A stretch of 32,431 nucleotides of DNA, taken from assembly GCA_015485235.1 (NCBI GenBank), contig WFTX01000234.1:1-32431 (forward strand), in the 5' to 3' direction. Positions 22,913 through 32,121 of the stretch are shown here, piece by piece (the first letter of the stretch is position 1; every line of letters starts with the position of its first letter). The position numbers were made by a program, and so were the translations under genes. The notes under the pieces were generated by a model. That model saw only the letters and a list, made by a program, of their open reading frames with translations, ran no database searches and was not told where the DNA came from. This DNA comes from Nitrospirota bacterium. Lineage in GTDB: Bacteria; Nitrospirota; Thermodesulfovibrionia; Thermodesulfovibrionales; JdFR-85.

Positions 22913-24955
22913 ATGAGCCTCTCATTGTTTCGCAAAAAGAGATCAGAGGCTGTTTTCTTCCTTGCACTGATACTGATATCTTTCCTGAGTCCCGGGACCG
23001 CCCTCTCAGAGGGTTCCGGTGATATCAGGCAGTATATGGAGATGAGTATTGAAGAGCTGATGCAGATAGACGTAGAGAGTGTCTATACAGCATCAAGGTA
23101 TATACAGAATGTTTCAGAAGCTCCGTCTTCTGTAACAGTGGTTACTGCTGAAGAGATAAAGAGATACGGGTACAGAAACCTTGCCGAGGTTTTACAATCT
23201 GTGAAAGGGATGTATGTTTCCTATGACAGAAACTACCATTACCTCGGGATCAGGGGCTTTTCAAGGCCCGGTGACTATAATTCGAGAGTGCTCCTGATGA
23301 TCGATGGTCACAGGATAAATGACGGTGTCTTCAATACCTCCCCCATCGGTACGGAATTCCCTGTAAATATTGATTTGATAAGAAAGATAGAGATTATCAG
23401 GGGACCGTCCTCGTCACTTTACGGCACTAATGCCTTCTTCGGTGTCATTAACGTGATCACATCCGACGGGGCAGAAAAAGAAGGCCTTCAGGCATCAGGC
23501 GAGATAGGCAGCAATGGATATAATCAGGAAAGACTTTCCTATGGTGGACAATATGGTGGAAATCTTGCGCTCCTCTTTTCGGGCTCCTACTACTCAGGCG
23601 ACGGGAGAGACAAGCTCTATTTCAGTGAGTTCGACAGAGGTGTCACGAATGGCGGCCTTGCCGATGATATTGATCACGACTGGGCGAAAAGGCTCTTTTT
23701 CAAGGTCAGATACGGTGAGCTGGCCCTCCAAGCCATTTATTCATACAGAAAAAAGAACGTCCCTACTGCAACATTCGGGACTGTGTTCAATAACCCGAAT
23801 TACAACACCGTTGATGAATATTATCTCTTTGGGTTGAAATACAGGCACAGATTGTCACGCGGAACAGACCTTTCCCTCCGTATCAACTTCAATATATATA
23901 ATAACTATGCTGACTATCCTTACGACTATTCAGATAAGGGAGATCTTACCGATATAGTTATCAACCGGGATATTGCTGAATCTGAATGGATCGGTGCAGA
24001 GTTAGATCTGACGAGGGAGATAAATGAAACAAATAAACTTTCCATGGGGGGAGAGTTCAGGGATGATATACGCCAGTACCAGAAAAACTATGATTTCAAG
24101 ACTTACTTTGATGACTCAAGGAGTTCGTCATCCTGGGCATTCTACCTCCAGGATGAAATATTTCTGAGAAGAGACATCCTCATCAACGCCGGAGTTCGAT
24201 ATGATGACTACGGAAAGGGTAATGATACCATCAACCCCCGTATTGCCTTGATATGGTCTCCCACGGAAACTACAAGCCTGAAACTTGTTTACGGGACAGC
24301 CTTCAGGAAACCAAATGTATATGAGATGTACTATGCCGATGAAGAGATGACACAGAAAGGTAATCCTGATCTTCAGGCGGAAAAGATAGGCACCTATGAA
24401 ATGGTTTTTGAACAGAAACTGAATGACAATCTCAGAGGCCATGTTTCCCTCTACCACTACAGGGTTAAAAATCTCATAGTCCTTGAAACAGATCCTTCTG
24501 ATGGTCTTCTTGTATACAGAAACAGCGGTGAAGCAAAGGCGAAAGGTCTCGAACTTGAGCTGGACTACCGGAACGACCAGGGTGTTTCCGGCAGGATTTT
24601 TTACACATATCAGGATGCAACCGACGTTCAGACCGGGGAGAGACTGACAAACTCACCGCTCCATGTTGGGGGCCTGTTGCTTTCTTCTCCTCTTCTCAAA
24701 AAAAGACTGTTCCTGAGTACTGAGTTGATATATACTTCAAGAAGAAAGACCCTTTCCGGCAACTGGACCGGAGATAGTACGCTTGTTAACATGACAGTCT
24801 ACGGGAAGGGACTACTGAAGAATCTGGATATCTCATTCAGTGTGTATAACTTGCTGAACCAGAGATACTCCCATCCTGCATCGTCCGAACACCTCCAGGA
24901 CAGCATAGTACAGGACGGTAGGAGTTTCCGACTGAAGGCTACTTATACTTTCTGA
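22913..24955 (+). CDS. TonB-dependent outer-membrane receptor
   Basis: 680 aa with a signal peptide. The plug domain is APSSVTVVTAEEIKRYGYRNLAEVLQSVKGMYVS...GIRGF...IEIIRGPSSSLYGTNA. A long beta-barrel ends with the aromatic terminus RLKATYTF. Confidence 0.9.
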   Translation: MSLSLFRKKRSEAVFFLALILISFLSPGTALSEGSGDIRQYMEMSIEELMQIDVESVYTASRYIQNVSEAPSSVTVVTAEEIKRYGYRNLAEVLQSVKGMYVSYDRNYHYLGIRGFSRPGDYNSRVLLMIDGHRINDGVFNTSPIGTEFPVNIDLIRKIEIIRGPSSSLYGTNAFFGVINVITSDGAEKEGLQASGEIGSNGYNQERLSYGGQYGGNLALLFSGSYYSGDGRDKLYFSEFDRGVTNGGLADDIDHDWAKRLFFKVRYGELALQAIYSYRKKNVPTATFGTVFNNPNYNTVDEYYLFGLKYRHRLSRGTDLSLRINFNIYNNYADYPYDYSDKGDLTDIVINRDIAESEWIGAELDLTREINETNKLSMGGEFRDDIRQYQKNYDFKTYFDDSRSSSSWAFYLQDEIFLRRDILINAGVRYDDYGKGNDTINPRIALIWSPTETTSLKLVYGTAFRKPNVYEMYYADEEMTQKGNPDLQAEKIGTYEMVFEQKLNDNLRGHVSLYHYRVKNLIVLETDPSDGLLVYRNSGEAKAKGLELELDYRNDQGVSGRIFYTYQDATDVQTGERLTNSPLHVGGLLLSSPLLKKRLFLSTELIYTSRRKTLSGNWTGDSTLVNMTVYGKGLLKNLDISFSVYNLLNQRYSHPASSEHLQDSIVQDGRSFRLKATYTF

Positions 24956-24975
24956 CTGCCAGGACAAAAACGGAA

Positions 24976-25632
24976 GTGATCGAACGCATATCAGGACATG
25001 AAGAAAACACCGGACCGGGTCTTGCGAACCTGGCAAAAAGAAGTTTTTTTTCAGTCTTTCTGGCAACTCTCTTTCTCTCTATCTTTATCTCTCCTTCTGC
25101 TCACGGTCGGGACAAAGAGTATGTGCCAAAGGAGTATATCGTGAAGGCGGCCATGATATACAAGATGCTCGGGTTCATAACATGGCCTGATGCTGAAGGG
25201 ACGAGCAAGAATCCGATAAATATATGTGTATATGGTAAAAACCCCTTTGGCAGGTATATATATGCCCTTGAGGCAGAACGATTCGATTCAAGGGGGATAA
25301 ATGTTAGAACGGGTTCACGTCTTGAGGACCTTTCAGACTGTCATGTCCTTTTCATCAGTTCAAGTGAGAAGGACCGTCTCGGAAATCTGCTTCCACAGGT
25401 AGAGGGCAAGCCTGTTCTCACAATAAGTGACATAAAGGATTTTTCTCTCTCTGGAGGAATGATTGAATTCATAAAGACCGATCGCAGAATTGCCTTCATA
25501 ATCAATTACGGAAAAGTCCTTGATGCAGGCATAAGAATAAGTTCACGGTTGCTTAAAATTTCAATAAAAGTCTATGACAGGGATGGAAGGGTGATATGGT
25601 CCCAGAACGGGAAAAAGAAGAGGTCCAATTAG
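24976..25632 (+). CDS. YfiR-like periplasmic protein (DUF4154 family)
   Basis: 218 aa with a signal peptide (FFSVFLATLFLSIFISPSAHG). The core YIVKAAMIYKMLGFITWPD...CHVLFISSSE...PVLTISD...GGMIEF matches the pattern I associate with DUF4154/YfiR. The start codon is uncertain (GTG 24976). Confidence 0.65.
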   Translation: MIERISGHEENTGPGLANLAKRSFFSVFLATLFLSIFISPSAHGRDKEYVPKEYIVKAAMIYKMLGFITWPDAEGTSKNPINICVYGKNPFGRYIYALEAERFDSRGINVRTGSRLEDLSDCHVLFISSSEKDRLGNLLPQVEGKPVLTISDIKDFSLSGGMIEFIKTDRRIAFIINYGKVLDAGIRISSRLLKISIKVYDRDGRVIWSQNGKKKRSN

Positions 25633-25670
25633 ATGAATCCGGAACAGGACAAGAATTTCCAGGTTGATTC

Positions 25671-27302
25671 ATGGAGATATTAAAACAATGGCTGAATGAT
25701 CTCAGGTTCAGGACGAAGATAGTCCTGATTGTGATGGTAACAAGCATATCGGTGCTGGCTGTAACCATCCCCCTTTTCGTGGCCAATGAGATCGTCGGGG
25801 TAAGAAGTCAGGTTGTAAATGCCCTTACTTCAGTCGCCGAGATCATTTCCGAAAACTCTAAGGCTGCTCTCCTTTTTGAGGATAAAGATGAAGCGGAAGC
25901 GATTCTCCGCTCTCTGAAGGGGGAGCCCCATATTATTGCTGCTTATCTCTATGACAGAAATGGTCTCCTTTTTGCCAGTTTTCTGAAGGACCGTACCGGC
26001 AGGGGAACTCCATTCAATAAATACCGGGGCAGGAGAGAGCAGCTTCCCAGTTCATGGAAGGACAGTGTGATTTCTGAATATTCTAACATGAGAGAGGGAG
26101 TAAATATGGAGGGTGACCACATAGATGTTTTCAGGAGGATATACCTGGATGAAACACCCATTGGGGCCCTCTATATCGCCTACTCCAGGGAGGCATTCAC
26201 TGAGAAGATAAGAAGGGGGCTTATGATAGGGGGCTTGATCTTCCTTGCATCTGCCGCCATGGCCTTTCTGATCTCAAGAAGGTTGCATACAGTGATAACA
26301 AAACCAGTAGAGAAACTGACTGATACCATGAGACACATATCAGAGAAGAAGGACTTCAAGGAGAGAGTGGAGGCAGACCGGAGGGATGAACTGGGGCTTC
26401 TGATAAGCAGTTTCAATGAGATGCTTGACCAGCTGAAGGCGAGGGACGATGAGCTTACCCGTTACAAGGAACACCTTGAAGAACTTGTAGAAGAGAAGAC
26501 TGCTGAACTGAGGGAGGCCACCAGAAGGGCGGAGGCGGCAAGCAGCGCAAAAAGCGCCTTTCTGGCGAGCATGAGTCATGAACTGAGAACCCCCCTTAAT
26601 GCGATAATCGGTTTCTCAGAAGTCATTCTTGACAGGCACTTTGGTGAAATTAACAGCAGACAGGAGGAATATCTCAATGATATCCTGAACAGTGCCCGTC
26701 ATCTGCTTTCCCTCCTGAATGACATCCTCGATATCTCAAAGATAGAAGCGGGCAAGATGACCCTTAACTACACCTATGCTGATCCTCTGACATTGATTGA
26801 CCGGACCATGACAATGGTGAAGGAGAGGGCCCACAGGAAGAACATCTCTGTATCAGTACGGAAAGGTGAAGTCCCGGATTCCGTCAAGCTTGATGACAGA
26901 AAGATAATGCAGGTGCTCTTCAATCTGCTGACTAATGCTACCAAGTTTACCCCTCCAGGGGGGGAAATCGGGATTTCAATTGATACTGTAAGAATGGATG
27001 AAATTACAGAGATTATTACTGATGAATTCAGGGAGGACCTTGAGGGGCTCCAGTCAAAGGGGTGGGATCATTACCTTATGATCTCTGTGTCAGACAACGG
27101 TCCCGGAGTAAGCCGGGATGCATTCAAAAGGATATTCGAACCCTTTCAACAGGAAGATCCATCAGTGGCGAGGAGGTATGGCGGTACCGGGCTGGGACTG
27201 TCGCTGAGCAAGGAGATAGTTGAGCTTCACAACGGCCTGATATGGGTTGAAAGCCGGAAAGGGGAGGGCAGTGTGTTCAGACTAGTCATCCCTCTTGGGT
27301 GA
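25671..27302 (+). CDS. Membrane sensor histidine kinase (TM, periplasmic CHASE8-like domain, TM, HAMP, HisKA, HATPase_c)
   Basis: 543 aa. TM1 is IVLIVMVTSISVLAVTIPLFVA. The sensor segment SKAALLFEDKDEAEAILRSLKGEPHIIAAYLYDRNGLLFASF resembles the YfiN-type periplasmic domain. TM2 is followed by HAMP. H-box SHELRTPLNAI; N-box and G-box NLLTNATKF, DNGPGV, GGTGLGLS. Confidence 0.9.
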   Translation: MEILKQWLNDLRFRTKIVLIVMVTSISVLAVTIPLFVANEIVGVRSQVVNALTSVAEIISENSKAALLFEDKDEAEAILRSLKGEPHIIAAYLYDRNGLLFASFLKDRTGRGTPFNKYRGRREQLPSSWKDSVISEYSNMREGVNMEGDHIDVFRRIYLDETPIGALYIAYSREAFTEKIRRGLMIGGLIFLASAAMAFLISRRLHTVITKPVEKLTDTMRHISEKKDFKERVEADRRDELGLLISSFNEMLDQLKARDDELTRYKEHLEELVEEKTAELREATRRAEAASSAKSAFLASMSHELRTPLNAIIGFSEVILDRHFGEINSRQEEYLNDILNSARHLLSLLNDILDISKIEAGKMTLNYTYADPLTLIDRTMTMVKERAHRKNISVSVRKGEVPDSVKLDDRKIMQVLFNLLTNATKFTPPGGEIGISIDTVRMDEITEIITDEFREDLEGLQSKGWDHYLMISVSDNGPGVSRDAFKRIFEPFQQEDPSVARRYGGTGLGLSLSKEIVELHNGLIWVESRKGEGSVFRLVIPLG

Positions 27303-28418
27303 CTTCAACCTGTAAGAGGCCTTCAGGAGCCTTCCACCCAATGGTTCATGAGGATGAAGGACTCCATGGGGGCATACCTCCATGCAACAGTAGCATCGTA
27401 TACATTTATCGTAATCAAATTCAATTGCCTTCTTTCCCTTATTGATGGCTCCGGCTGGACAGTGATTCCAGCATTCACTGCAGAGATGACACTTTCCCTT
27501 CAGGACAGGTCTTTCCGTGAGGTGCCTTCTCATGAATCCGTGCATGAAGGCAGGGCCGAATACGACGGGGCCCAGGCTGGGAAGAGAAAGATTCGTTATC
27601 CTGGGGAGGCTGCCCTCAATATCAACCTCCCCGTCTTCGGCATGGTGCTTCATTGCTACCCTGTTTGTCAGGAGATCATCAGGGCTGAGGCCTGCCATCA
27701 TGCAGACCACCATATCCACTGCAATGGGCACGTTTCCACCAACCAGGACACCAAGCCTCCGGGGTTTACCGGACTTGCCGGGGCCGTCCCCTTCCATGCC
27801 TACAATCCCGTCAAGGATTGTTACGGCTGGTGAGAGCCTTTCGGCTATAAGGAATAAAAGTTCCGCAAAACGGACCCTGTCTACCCCTGTCCTCAGATGC
27901 CACTGGGGCTTTCTCATACCCACGATACAGCCGAAAAGGTTCTTCACCCCCAACGTCAGAAGCATCTGGGAATGGGTCTTGAGTTTGGGGAGATTGATCA
28001 GGTGGTCACATTCCAGCGCTTCCCTTGCCACCTCTATCTCTCCAAAGGGAGGACCGATGTCTGCCTTTACCGATTCTCTGAATGGTGTGATCTCGATGCC
28101 CGTTCCCTTAAATAGATCCGGCAAACCGAGGGAGGAGATGATCTTCTGGAAGGAACCCACTGCTGGACTGTCGGATATCCTCACCCTGGCTCCCTTGTCG
28201 TAACAGTAAAATGCAGCATGCCTGATTATTTCCGGATGGGTGCAGACTGCCTGTTCAGGTCTTGAAGGAGCCAGAAGGTTGGGCTTGATAACGACAGTGT
28301 CTCCCCTCTTTATATCCGTTCCACTAAAGCGGTCGAGCAGTTCATACACGCATTCCCTTAAAAGGGGGTTTTCATATTCATCGATCTGTTTTATGATCGC
28401 CTTTTTGTGATTGTTCAT
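27282..28418 (-). CDS. DUF362-domain protein with a C-terminal 2x[4Fe-4S] ferredoxin domain
   Basis: 378 aa. DUF362 motifs IKRGDTVVIKPNLLAPSRPEQAVCTHPEIIRH...ISDSP. The C-terminus has CHLCSECWNHCP and CIRCYCCMEVCP. Its 3' end overlaps the convergent kinase gene by 21 nt. No SD precedes the ATG. Confidence 0.75.
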   Translation of the reverse strand: MNNHKKAIIKQIDEYENPLLRECVYELLDRFSGTDIKRGDTVVIKPNLLAPSRPEQAVCTHPEIIRHAAFYCYDKGARVRISDSPAVGSFQKIISSLGLPDLFKGTGIEITPFRESVKADIGPPFGEIEVAREALECDHLINLPKLKTHSQMLLTLGVKNLFGCIVGMRKPQWHLRTGVDRVRFAELLFLIAERLSPAVTILDGIVGMEGDGPGKSGKPRRLGVLVGGNVPIAVDMVVCMMAGLSPDDLLTNRVAMKHHAEDGEVDIEGSLPRITNLSLPSLGPVVFGPAFMHGFMRRHLTERPVLKGKCHLCSECWNHCPAGAINKGKKAIEFDYDKCIRCYCCMEVCPHGVLHPHEPLGGRLLKASYRLKSPKRDD

Positions 28419-28427
28419 GAAATCGGG

Positions 28428-28636
28428 GATTGGTATATTGGTATATTAGTAATATTAGTATATTGGTGTATTGGTGTACTGGTTATTAGTCCTTCCCCTG
28501 CACGCTATGCGCTACCCGCTAAACGCTTAAAACCTCAGCCTTAGCCTGTTTTTCTCTCCCTGTTCGCTATCCGCTCCATGCTCCACGCTTTTTCTTGACT
28601 CAGCCTCGACCTGCCTCCCCCCTGCCTGACCTCATG
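28428..28636. repeat. Second copy (inverted orientation) of the 'stuttering word' intergenic element
   Basis: TATTGGT/TATTAGT-type tandem words lie at 28430-28490. They are followed by TAGTCCTTCC, then CGCTA(C/T)-type words (GCACGCTATGCGCTACCCGCTAAACGCT, TTCGCTATCCGCTCCATGCTCCACGCT), then CCTCGACCTGCCTC...CTGCCTGACCTC. The reverse complement reproduces the module order of 15039-15175: GAGGTC words, then GTAGCG words, then GGAAG(G)ACTAAT, then ACAC-type words. Confidence 0.8.
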
Positions 28637-28651
28637 TTTTTGCAAGATTTG

Positions 28652-29560
28652 TCAATAATGGGCATTCCCGGGATGTATCTCCCTTATGAGTCTCAGATCA
28701 AAGACCTCATCTTCGGTGAATTCACGGCCAATATATCCCAGTTCCAGCATCCTCCTTGAAAGAACCATGGTGCAGGAGATATACTCATCCGTGATGGAAG
28801 CACAGTAACGGGGTGATATCCCGATGCTCTTCAGTACGAAATCCCTGTCCACAAACCCCATGGTCCTGGCGATGTCTCCGGCTATCTCTTCAGGTGTGTC
28901 CCTCAGGATATTGGTTCCCTCCTCGTGGAGCCTGAGAAATTCCCTGAGGACCTCCGGTGCTTTGTCGAGAAAATCCTTCTTTACCAGGATACCGTAACTG
29001 GGGTTGTTCGGCCAGAGCCCGGAAGGTTGCCAGATGATTTTGCCCTCGCCGTATTCAATAATCGCCTGGGCAAGGGCCGGTGTCCCGATGGCTGCATCAA
29101 TACTCCCTTTGAGATAGGCCTCCAGTGCTTCATCGGCCCACCTGAAATTGATGACTTCAGTCTTCAGGTTACATCTCTGAAGCATGTCGGAAAGAATGAG
29201 ATCATGTATTGATCCCCTCCCGGGCACGCCAATGGATCTGAATCCTGAGATTACACTGCAGAGGTCGTCAGTCTCTTCAAAGGATAGGCTCTGCCTGGAC
29301 GAGGCAAGGACGGTCCCTTCAATGTGCCCGCCTCCGATACAGACAAGGGGGATCCCCCGGTCCATCCCTATTATCGCCGGAGGCAACCCGATATATGCAA
29401 GGTCTATCTCATCACGTGAAAAGGCATCAACAATCGCAGGCCCTGTACCAAAGAGTTTCCATTCTGTCTGGAATGAGAGGCCTTCAAGGAGGGAAGGTCT
29501 GCTCAGAAACACCATGGATGTATGATAGAGCGTGGAGAGATGTCCTATACGGATGAGCAT
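28652..29560 (-). CDS. SsuA/NMT1/TauA-like substrate-binding-fold protein with no signal peptide (predicted cytoplasmic)
   Basis: 302 aa. The pattern is IRIGHLSTLYHTS...FGTGPAIVDAFSRDEIDLAYIGLPPAII...GGGHIEG, typical of the NitT/TauT-type binding-protein fold. There is no N-terminal hydrophobic signal, and no permease or ATPase genes are adjacent. Confidence 0.55.
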   Translation of the reverse strand: MLIRIGHLSTLYHTSMVFLSRPSLLEGLSFQTEWKLFGTGPAIVDAFSRDEIDLAYIGLPPAIIGMDRGIPLVCIGGGHIEGTVLASSRQSLSFEETDDLCSVISGFRSIGVPGRGSIHDLILSDMLQRCNLKTEVINFRWADEALEAYLKGSIDAAIGTPALAQAIIEYGEGKIIWQPSGLWPNNPSYGILVKKDFLDKAPEVLREFLRLHEEGTNILRDTPEEIAGDIARTMGFVDRDFVLKSIGISPRYCASITDEYISCTMVLSRRMLELGYIGREFTEDEVFDLRLIREIHPGNAHY

Positions 29561-29619
29561 GGTTATATTCTAACGTAATGCGGGCCTTCTTATAAAGCCG
29601 ATGGGGGAGGTGTTTCAAT

Positions 29620-32121
29620 ATGAGCCTTCCAAGGTATGATAAAATATATAATATGAATTATCTTACTGACAGGGCAGAACACCTTTCCCTTCTCTGGCAT
29701 ACACTTGATGCGCTTCATCACCCCGCATTCAAGACTGACAGGAAAGGCCGGATCCTTGAGTACAACAACTCCGTCCCTGACAGGCTTTTCTATCATAATG
29801 AAGAGCTCTTCGATGTTTGCATAACCCGTATTCTTAAATTCCCCCCAAAGACACTCTCCTTTGATTCCCTTGATGATGTCCATGTAGTGGAGGGAAGATG
29901 TATAAGGAAGGATGGAGAAAAGTTTCATGCAAAAGTGACGGTCGTGCCTCATGATGAGTGGCTGCTGTTCATTGTTGAGGACATAAGCAATGTGCTGAAG
30001 ATCGCCGAAAGAGCCACGCTCAGAAGAAGGGAGATAAGCACCTATAACGCCCTTTCTGAGCTCCTCAGCCAGGGTGAAGACCTGAAGGACATCCTTGACG
30101 GGGTTGTAGGGCTGCTCGTCAAGATTATGGTAATAGACGGGGCATGGATTTACCTTAACGATCAGGATTCCGAGAGTCTGAGTCTATGCTGCAAAGAGGA
30201 CTCATCCGATGGATACTTAAGCAGGAGCAGGATGGAGCCGTATGAGGGATTCCTTAAGAGGGTGGTATCTTCCGGAAGGGCTCTCCTTGTCAGAAATGCC
30301 GATGAGGACCCCAGGATTGGGAAGGAGATAAACGGGGGGCTCTTCTTCAAGAGCATTGCAGGCGTGCCTCTTTCCGTAAGGCCCATTGAAGGGACCGGAC
30401 AGAGTACGATAGGTGTGCTATGTGTGGGCAGCAGCCATAAAAACCGCTTTTCTTCACTTGACGTCCAGTTCCTGAACACCATAGCCAACCACCTTGGTGT
30501 GGCAATCGAAAATATCCGCCTCATAGAAGACCTTAAAAAGAGGATGAACCAGATAAGCCTCATAAACGAGATCGCCTCTATCATAAACTCCAGTCTATCC
30601 ATAGGACATATCTTCAGAATCATAGTATCGGAGATCCGGAGGGTCATCGCGTTTGACAGGGCAAGCATAAACATACTCGATGAAGGAAACAGGAGGCTCA
30701 GGATATTTGCTGTAGATACAAGGCTTCCAACGGAGCTTGTCAAGGGAAGGTATGCTCCGGTTGAAGGGACAAGTTCCGGATGGGTGGCTCTGAACCAGAA
30801 GCCCTGGATCAACCGTGACCTCCAGAAGGAAATCCCCTTCCAGTACGACCGGGTTTTGCTCAGGGAGGGAATAAGATCCACGGTTAGTATCCCCCTTTTC
30901 AAGGACAGGCCGCTGGGGACGCTCAACTTTGACAGTCTTACCCCCAACAGGTACTCTGAGAAGGACTATGAAATCCTTCTACCCATAGGAAAACATCTCT
31001 CTGTGGCGGTTGAGAATGCACTGCTCTTTGATGAAATTTCCCGTGAGAAGAGACAGTGGGAAAAGACCTTTGATGCAGTAACTGATATGGTCTGGATTGA
31101 GGACCTTGGAGGGCGCGTCCTCCGTGTGAACAGGACCGTGATTGAGCGGGCCGGAAAGCCTGAGCTTGCGATAATCAAGAAACCTTCATCAGAGCTGATG
31201 AACATGCTTAAGATCCGGTCGCCTTCCTTCCGGTCACTGGAAATGCTCAGGGGCAAGAGCAGGCTCTACCATGAACTCCGGGGCCATGACGGCGGGGTGT
31301 ATCACTTCTGGTCATATCCTCTTGTGGATAGTGACGGCCGGACCTATGGCGTGGTGAATTACCTGAGGGATGTTACAGAGCAGAAGAGACTGGAGCAGCA
31401 ACTTTTAAGAGCTGACAGGCTTGCCTCCCTTGGTACACTTGTGGCGGGTATTGCCCACGAGATCAACAACCCACTGGGGATTATAGCCGGTTATTCAGAG
31501 GCCCTCCTTGAAAGGGCAGGAGCGCCTGAACTCTGTACAAACCCGGATTTTGAGGACTTTCCTGAATATCTCGAAACGATTAACAGGGAGATCTTCCGCT
31601 GCAAAGACATCCTGAAGAGCCTGCTCGAGTTCGCAAGGCCATCAAGTTCCACAATGAGGATTATTGACATAAATGAACTTATCAAGGAGGTTGTACTGCT
31701 TGTGAACTACAGGGCCAAGCGATCGAACCACCAGCTTATCCTTGAACTGGGTGATGACCTCCCTGATGTCTATGCAGACCCCGGTGCAATGCGGCAGGTA
31801 TTCATGAATATCATAATGAACTCCTTTTATTTTATGGACAGAAACGGCAAAATATCAATAAGAACTGAAGCGCTTGAAGGAGATGCAGACAATCCGATGA
31901 TCGAAGTAAGCATTGCTGACAATGGGAAGGGAATCTCAAAGGATGTGATAGAAAGGATATTTGATCCCTTTTTTACAACCAAACCTGTTGGAGAAGGAAC
32001 GGGCCTCGGGCTCTCGATCTGCCACAGGATAGTCACCGAACATAACGGGTTTCTTGAGGTGGAGAGTGAGATCGGCAAGGGCACGACTTTCATAATCAGA
32101 CTGCCTGCACGGAGGAATTGA
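29620..32121 (+). CDS. Cytoplasmic multi-sensor histidine kinase (PAS, GAF, GAF, PAS, HisKA, HATPase_c; NtrB/AtoS-like)
   Basis: 833 aa with no TM segments. The GAF-like regions end in NHLGVAIENIRLIEDL and KHLSVAVENALLFDEI. H-box AHEINNPL; N, G1 and G2 boxes MNIIMNSF, DNGKGI, GTGLGLSI. A GGGGGAGGTG ribosome-binding site lies upstream. Confidence 0.9.
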   Translation: MSLPRYDKIYNMNYLTDRAEHLSLLWHTLDALHHPAFKTDRKGRILEYNNSVPDRLFYHNEELFDVCITRILKFPPKTLSFDSLDDVHVVEGRCIRKDGEKFHAKVTVVPHDEWLLFIVEDISNVLKIAERATLRRREISTYNALSELLSQGEDLKDILDGVVGLLVKIMVIDGAWIYLNDQDSESLSLCCKEDSSDGYLSRSRMEPYEGFLKRVVSSGRALLVRNADEDPRIGKEINGGLFFKSIAGVPLSVRPIEGTGQSTIGVLCVGSSHKNRFSSLDVQFLNTIANHLGVAIENIRLIEDLKKRMNQISLINEIASIINSSLSIGHIFRIIVSEIRRVIAFDRASINILDEGNRRLRIFAVDTRLPTELVKGRYAPVEGTSSGWVALNQKPWINRDLQKEIPFQYDRVLLREGIRSTVSIPLFKDRPLGTLNFDSLTPNRYSEKDYEILLPIGKHLSVAVENALLFDEISREKRQWEKTFDAVTDMVWIEDLGGRVLRVNRTVIERAGKPELAIIKKPSSELMNMLKIRSPSFRSLEMLRGKSRLYHELRGHDGGVYHFWSYPLVDSDGRTYGVVNYLRDVTEQKRLEQQLLRADRLASLGTLVAGIAHEINNPLGIIAGYSEALLERAGAPELCTNPDFEDFPEYLETINREIFRCKDILKSLLEFARPSSSTMRIIDINELIKEVVLLVNYRAKRSNHQLILELGDDLPDVYADPGAMRQVFMNIIMNSFYFMDRNGKISIRTEALEGDADNPMIEVSIADNGKGISKDVIERIFDPFFTTKPVGEGTGLGLSICHRIVTEHNGFLEVESEIGKGTTFIIRLPARRN

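Noticed and set aside
15039-28636. Genomic island or mobile element bounded by the inverted repeat elements
   Set aside because: No integrase, transposase, tRNA target, direct target-site duplication or phage/conjugation genes are visible. I kept this only as a low-certainty rearrangement hypothesis in the findings.
30162-30947. 261-aa minus-strand ORF inside the PAS-GAF histidine kinase gene; similarly 13802-14419 (+) inside the UroD-fold methyltransferase and 27517-28203 (+) inside the DUF362 gene
   Set aside because: All are antisense to confidently identified genes, are Ser/Leu/Pro-rich and have no motifs. They look like typical shadow ORFs.
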